30,981 bases of DNA from Ignavibacteria bacterium (lineage in GTDB: Bacteria > Elusimicrobiota > Endomicrobiia > PHAN01). The notes below the pieces were generated by a model. It had not been told where the DNA came from, ran no database searches, and worked only from the letters and a program-made list of their open reading frames with translations. The stretch spans positions 1 to 30,981 of the forward strand of contig JBGFRZ010000066.1 of assembly GCA_041694835.1 (NCBI GenBank). The letters are read 5' to 3'. The translations under genes were made by a program, and so were the position numbers. Shown one piece after another: positions 27,345 through 30,981 of the stretch (the stretch's first letter is position 1; each line of letters starts with the position of its first letter).

Positions 27345-27478
27345 AGAGGACAGAGGTCAGGGGACAGAGAATAAGTTTAGAGAACTTAGTTTAGAGTTTA
27401 GAGATACTCGGCGACATCTCTCAACTCTAAACTCTCAACTCTTGAACTCTCACCCCTCATCTCTCACCACTCACCTCT
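27345..27478. repeat. Degenerate heptamer tandem repeats in inverted arrangement
   Basis: AGAGGAC/AGAGGTC and AGTTTAG units face CTAAACT/CTCAACT/CTCACCN units. Confidence 0.7.
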
Positions 27479-27483
27479 ATTTG

Positions 27484-27822
27484 CTATCCCGGCGGCCAGC
27501 CCAAATGCCTTCCTCCCAAAAGATGGAAATGCAGATGGTACACAGCTTGACCGGCGTCTTCTCCACAGTTTGCAACTACGCGATATCCGTTCTTCAAACC
27601 CAACTTTGCCGCTATCTCCCTGGCAGCGATTAAAATTCCTCCGAGGAGAGCTCTTTCGTCTTCTCCAACAGTCTCAAGGCTTTCTATATGCTTTTTAGGA
27701 ACTATAAGCACATGCTCGGGCGACTGCGGATTCGTGTCCCGAAATGCAATTACCTCTTCGGTTTCATAGACGATTTTGGAGTTAATCTCATGCGACGCGA
27801 TCTTGCAGAATATACAACCCAT
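27484..27822 (-). CDS. hinT: Histidine triad nucleotide-binding protein
   Basis: CIFCKI, HVLIVPKKH, GQAVYHLHFHLLGGR, WPPG. Confidence 0.96.
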   Translation of the reverse strand: MGCIFCKIASHEINSKIVYETEEVIAFRDTNPQSPEHVLIVPKKHIESLETVGEDERALLGGILIAAREIAAKLGLKNGYRVVANCGEDAGQAVYHLHFHLLGGRHLGWPPG

Positions 27823-27835
27823 AAATTTATATAAT

Positions 27836-28011
27836 GAGCTCGTTGAAAAACCTTAATCTTTTGAACGATTTGGCAGTTTTAGGTTAAAAGTTGAAATCGT
27901 TTAGACCGCAATGTCTGACGAGCAAAGCGAGGAGTTTTGCGGTCTGATTGAAACTTTTAACCGTTAAGAAACTGCCCTTTAAGTGAAAAAGATGGGTTTT
28001 TCAATAATCTC
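27836..28011. mobile_element. 176-bp palindromic MITE, copy 2 (5-bp TSD ATAAT)
   Basis: Near-identical to 3007..3182. ATAAT at 27831-27835 and 28012-28016. Confidence 0.9.
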
Positions 28012-28029
28012 ATAATACACATCTTATCT

Positions 28030-28058
28030 ATTATAGCAAAAATTATTTCTGTCGTCAA
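28030..28058 (-). promoter_or_regulatory. Putative sigma70 promoter upstream of hinT
   Basis: TTGACG (28058-28053), 17 nt spacer, TATAAT (28035-28030). Confidence 0.7.
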
Positions 28059-28061
28059 GGT

Positions 28062-28988
28062 TTATTTTGAAGTGAGTACGGTGAAGTTAAAGCCGTTGCT
28101 TATTATGAACACATCCCCGTCAAAATCCGTTCTGTAAACATAGACTTCGCTATTTTTATACCTCGAAAGTGTTTCGGGGCTGGGATGGTTGAATTGATTG
28201 TTTCTCCCGCAGGAAATCACCGCCACCTCCGGTCTTACCGAATTTATAAATCGCGGAGTCGAAGATGATCGCGAACCGTGATGAGGCGATTTAAGAACGT
28301 TTGACTTCAATTGTTTTTTGTATTTCGAAGATATGTAGTTTTCTGCCTCAGTCTCGGCGTCTCCGGTCAGAAGAACCGAAAACTCTTTATAAGTCATTTT
28401 CATTACTATAGAGTTGTTGTTAGCGCCTTCAAACTGGAAACTCTGAGGAGGAAGAAAAACTTCTATCTTCAGATCCGGATCTAAATCTATCGTGTCGCCT
28501 TCGGCGACTATTTCATACGGTATACCTTTCTTCTTTATTATTTCGAGACATTTTATATATTCAATATCGCCGCGTTCGTATCCGCTGTCATAAACCTTCT
28601 TAATCGGTATATCTTTGAGCACACTCATCATTCCCCCCACGTGATCAGCGTGAGGATGAGTCATAACGACGGCGTCCAAATAAATCTTGCCTTTTATGTT
28701 TTTTTCAAGAAAAGGTATAACGTATTCGTATCCCGTGTCTCCGACTCCTCTCCATGAAGGGATGCCTCCTGCATCCACCAGCATGCGCTTCCCATTGGGT
28801 GTTCTCACATAAATAGAATCCCCCTGCCCGACATCTATGACCGTTATTCTTATGTCGTTTTCGGTGGATATGTAATCCGAAAAAGGAACGAAACTTCTTT
28901 TTGTATGAATCGTCGCGCAGGAAGTTAAAAAAAAGAAGCAAGGCAGGAATGTCAACAACAGAAAATTTGTTGCACGGTGGAAATTCAT
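28062..28988 (-). CDS. ComEC/Rec2-type MBL-fold hydrolase, probable lipoprotein
   Basis: LTSC lipobox, IDVGQGDS, THPHADHVGG, NNNS, TGD, HHGS, HP; lacks the ComEC membrane domain. Confidence 0.88.
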   Translation of the reverse strand: MNFHRATNFLLLTFLPCFFFLTSCATIHTKRSFVPFSDYISTENDIRITVIDVGQGDSIYVRTPNGKRMLVDAGGIPSWRGVGDTGYEYVIPFLEKNIKGKIYLDAVVMTHPHADHVGGMMSVLKDIPIKKVYDSGYERGDIEYIKCLEIIKKKGIPYEIVAEGDTIDLDPDLKIEVFLPPQSFQFEGANNNSIVMKMTYKEFSVLLTGDAETEAENYISSKYKKQLKSNVLKSPHHGSRSSSTPRFINSVRPEVAVISCGRNNQFNHPSPETLSRYKNSEVYVYRTDFDGDVFIISNGFNFTVLTSK

Positions 28989-29968
28989 TTAAATCCCAAC
29001 TTTTCAACTTTATACGACTCGCCGTCCGTCCTTACCACAATCGTGCCGTCGGCGTCGTTCCTGTAAAGTTCGCAGCCAAAATCTTTTAACCTTTTCACAA
29101 CCGAAGGATGCGGGTGGCGGAATCTGTTAAAACGACCAACCTGGATTATCGCGACCTCAGGATTCACGGCATCTATGAAATCATCGGTAGAAGAGGTTTT
29201 TGAGCCATGGTGTGGCACCTTCAGTATGTTCGACTCAAGACCATACTTAAAAATCCTTACGAGGGAATCTTCACCATCGCCTTCCAGGTCGCCCGTAAAG
29301 AGAAATGAGATTTTTTTGTACGTGATTCTCAAAATGATTGAGTTGTTGTTAGGATCATCCCACAAAAGACGCTTTGGGGGGCCGAGCACTAGAATTTCTA
29401 CGGAAGGATCCATCTGGATTTTCACGCCTTCTCTGGCTACGAAGTATTTTATATTCCTTTTATTTATCAGTCTGAGAAGTCTTTCATATATGGGCGAAGG
29501 GTAAGCGTATCCCGAATCGTAAACAAAAGAAACCGGAAAGTTTTTTATTATATGCGACAGCCCACCTATATGATCTCTATGAGCGTGCGAAATAACGACA
29601 GTGTCTATACTTTTGATACCGATGTTATTGAGATAAGGCTCCACGACCTCTTTGCCGGAATCGAAGTATTCGTCCTCAGGACCGCCATCTATCAATATAT
29701 TTTTTCCGTTGGGCAGCTGGATAAATATGCAATCACCCTGACCGACATCAATGAAATGAGCGGTAAGCGTTCGGGCCGCGAGTGGTCTTTCCGCATAAAG
29801 CGGCGAAAGTAAGAAAGAAAAGGACAGCAAATAGCAAATAGCAAATAGCAAATAGCGAATAGTGGATGGTGGCTGGTGACTGGTGACTGGAGGAAACGAG
29901 CCACGAGCCATGAACCACGAACCACTACTGCTCCGCTGCTCTCTCTTCTGACTTCTGTCATCTCTCAT
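28985..29968 (-). CDS. ComEC/Rec2-type MBL-fold hydrolase, secreted; start uncertain (29968 or 29911)
   Basis: IDVGQGDC, SHAHRDHIGG, NNNS, TGD, HHGS; the N-terminus is encoded by heptamer repeats. Confidence 0.88.
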   Translation of the reverse strand: MRDDRSQKREQRSSSGSWFMARGSFPPVTSHQPPSTIRYLLFAICYLLSFSFLLSPLYAERPLAARTLTAHFIDVGQGDCIFIQLPNGKNILIDGGPEDEYFDSGKEVVEPYLNNIGIKSIDTVVISHAHRDHIGGLSHIIKNFPVSFVYDSGYAYPSPIYERLLRLINKRNIKYFVAREGVKIQMDPSVEILVLGPPKRLLWDDPNNNSIILRITYKKISFLFTGDLEGDGEDSLVRIFKYGLESNILKVPHHGSKTSSTDDFIDAVNPEVAIIQVGRFNRFRHPHPSVVKRLKDFGCELYRNDADGTIVVRTDGESYKVEKLGFK

Positions 29969-29994
29969 CTTACTTTTTATTTCTTATTTCTAAT
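29825..29994. repeat. Drifting heptamer tandem-repeat tract
   Basis: TAGCAAA x3, TAGCGAA, TGGTGAC x2, CGAGCCA x2, YGAACCA x2, TTCTGWC, TTCTWAT, with a largely 7-nt period. Confidence 0.8.
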
Positions 29995-29998
29995 TTTT

Positions 29999-30931
29999 TT
30001 AAAATCCAAAACCGAGTTCAGCTCTGTGAACAAGTCCTAAATCTCCCTGAGTCGAAAAAGAGTAGTTGAAACTGTAATCAAAATCTTGAAGATAGTGGAA
30101 ACCAAATCCAAGTGTAAGCGCTGAAAGTCCTGTAACATCTGAATTGTTGAATCTGTATCCCGAACGGAACACGAACATATCCGAAAGTTTTATTTCAATA
30201 CCGACACCCATATTTGGAATGCCCGCGAAAGGATGGATGTAATCCGCCGAGAGCGTCAGAGTGTCTTTTAATGGCTTCAGTCCTACGCCGGCGCGCACAA
30301 GAGAAGGTAATGAAAACTCTTCCCAAATTTTGGAACCTATGTTCTGGACGGAAATTCCGAATGCAGTTTCTCCGAAATCAAATATCGTCCTGTAATGGGC
30401 GCCAAAATCAGCAGCGAAACCCGACGTTGATTTGTCTTTTATCGTCTCGCTCAGAAATTTTGCAGCAGCGCCGAAAGACACGCCTTCGAAAAATTCGTTG
30501 CCATATCCGACCTGAAAAGCAAAAGCGGTGTTTTTATAGGTGCCGATTAAATTTTTGGTATTTCCCCTTTCTTCGATCGCACCCGAATCAAAGTATGTTA
30601 TGCCGGCCGCGACGGAACCATATTCACCGAAAGTATGAGCGTAAAGCAAATGCGCCAAAGATGTATCGATGAGCCATCTGTTATACATAACTCCGATTTC
30701 GTTAAACTCAAGTTGAGAAAGCCCGGCGGGATTATAGTAAAGCGCCGTCTTGTCGTTTGAGACAGCCGTAAAAGCCCCGCCCATTGCTTGAGGACGCGAC
30801 CCGGGGAGAATTTTCAAAAATTCGGCAGAAGTTGTTCCCGCAGCGTAAACATTAGCGAACAGCGAATAGCGAATAGCGAATAGTAAGCAAATAGCGAATA
30901 GCGAATAGCGAATAGTAAATGGTTTTCTCAT
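29999..30931 (-). CDS. PorV/PorQ-family (UPF0164-like) outer-membrane beta-barrel protein
   Basis: Signal peptide, AEFLKI.PGSRPQAMGGAFTA...ALYYNPAGL plug motif, amphipathic beta strands, C-terminal Phe. Confidence 0.85.
   Translation of the reverse strand: MRKPFTIRYSLFAICLLFAIRYSLFANVYAAGTTSAEFLKILPGSRPQAMGGAFTAVSNDKTALYYNPAGLSQLEFNEIGVMYNRWLIDTSLAHLLYAHTFGEYGSVAAGITYFDSGAIEERGNTKNLIGTYKNTAFAFQVGYGNEFFEGVSFGAAAKFLSETIKDKSTSGFAADFGAHYRTIFDFGETAFGISVQNIGSKIWEEFSLPSLVRAGVGLKPLKDTLTLSADYIHPFAGIPNMGVGIEIKLSDMFVFRSGYRFNNSDVTGLSALTLGFGFHYLQDFDYSFNYSFSTQGDLGLVHRAELGFGF
30853..30919. repeat. TAGCGAA heptamer tandem repeat inside the signal-peptide coding region
   Basis: About 9 units (6 exact TAGCGAA) with one 4-nt interruption. 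Confidence 0.85.
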
Positions 30932-30981
30932 TGTCGGTCTCTTAAATTTTGAATGATGCCTTCAAGCATTCTGCTTACTTC

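Noticed and set aside
3007-28011. The two 176-bp copies as ends of a 25-kb composite transposon or prophage att sites
   Set aside because: Each copy has its own distinct 5-bp TSD, and the enclosed DNA is core housekeeping genes.
29692-29961. 89-aa alternative-frame ORF over the MBL gene start
   Set aside because: It arises from the stop-free heptamer tract and is noted only as a possible alternative start.
1224-30672. Numerous plus-strand ORFs (e.g. 9930..10544, 25522..26142, 21254..21730, 27310..27633)
   Set aside because: They are antisense shadows of confident minus-strand genes, tRNAs or repeats, with no recognisable motifs.

Overview
This is a bacterial chromosomal window with essentially every gene on the minus strand. 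The lineage is probably Elusimicrobiota-like; that is an inference from the PorV/PorQ-type barrel gene and the bacterial histone. In transcription order (right to left) it holds: a PorV/PorQ-type outer-membrane protein, two secreted ComEC-type metallo-beta-lactamase-fold hydrolases, hinT, rpsU, a NIF3-like gene, dnaG, rpoD, tRNA-Ile2(CAT), tRNA-Val(CAC), a C4 zinc-ribbon protein, RNase HI, RNase P RNA, a small Zn-finger ORF, a partial dcw cluster (mraZ rsmH ftsL ftsI murE murF mraY [murD remnant] ftsW murG), surE, uvrB, nadC, birA, a nitroreductase, a LUD-domain protein, a 60-aa histone-fold protein, moeA, a NusG-domain-II (EetA-like) protein and a Gx/EetB-like transporter with an EcfT-like tail. 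Five things stand out. (1) A Bd0055-type bacterial histone heads an apparent operon with moeA and the EetA/EetB-like genes. (2) A 176-bp palindromic MITE with 5-bp target duplications occurs twice, each time between a sigma70-type promoter and the first gene. (3) The RNase P RNA is architecturally atypical, with an altered P4 and helices built from a repeated palindrome. (4) A decayed murD stub is still coupled to ftsW. (5) Heptamer repeats encode the signal peptides of two adjacent secreted proteins. All calls come from reading the sequence and from recalled family motifs; no searches were run.
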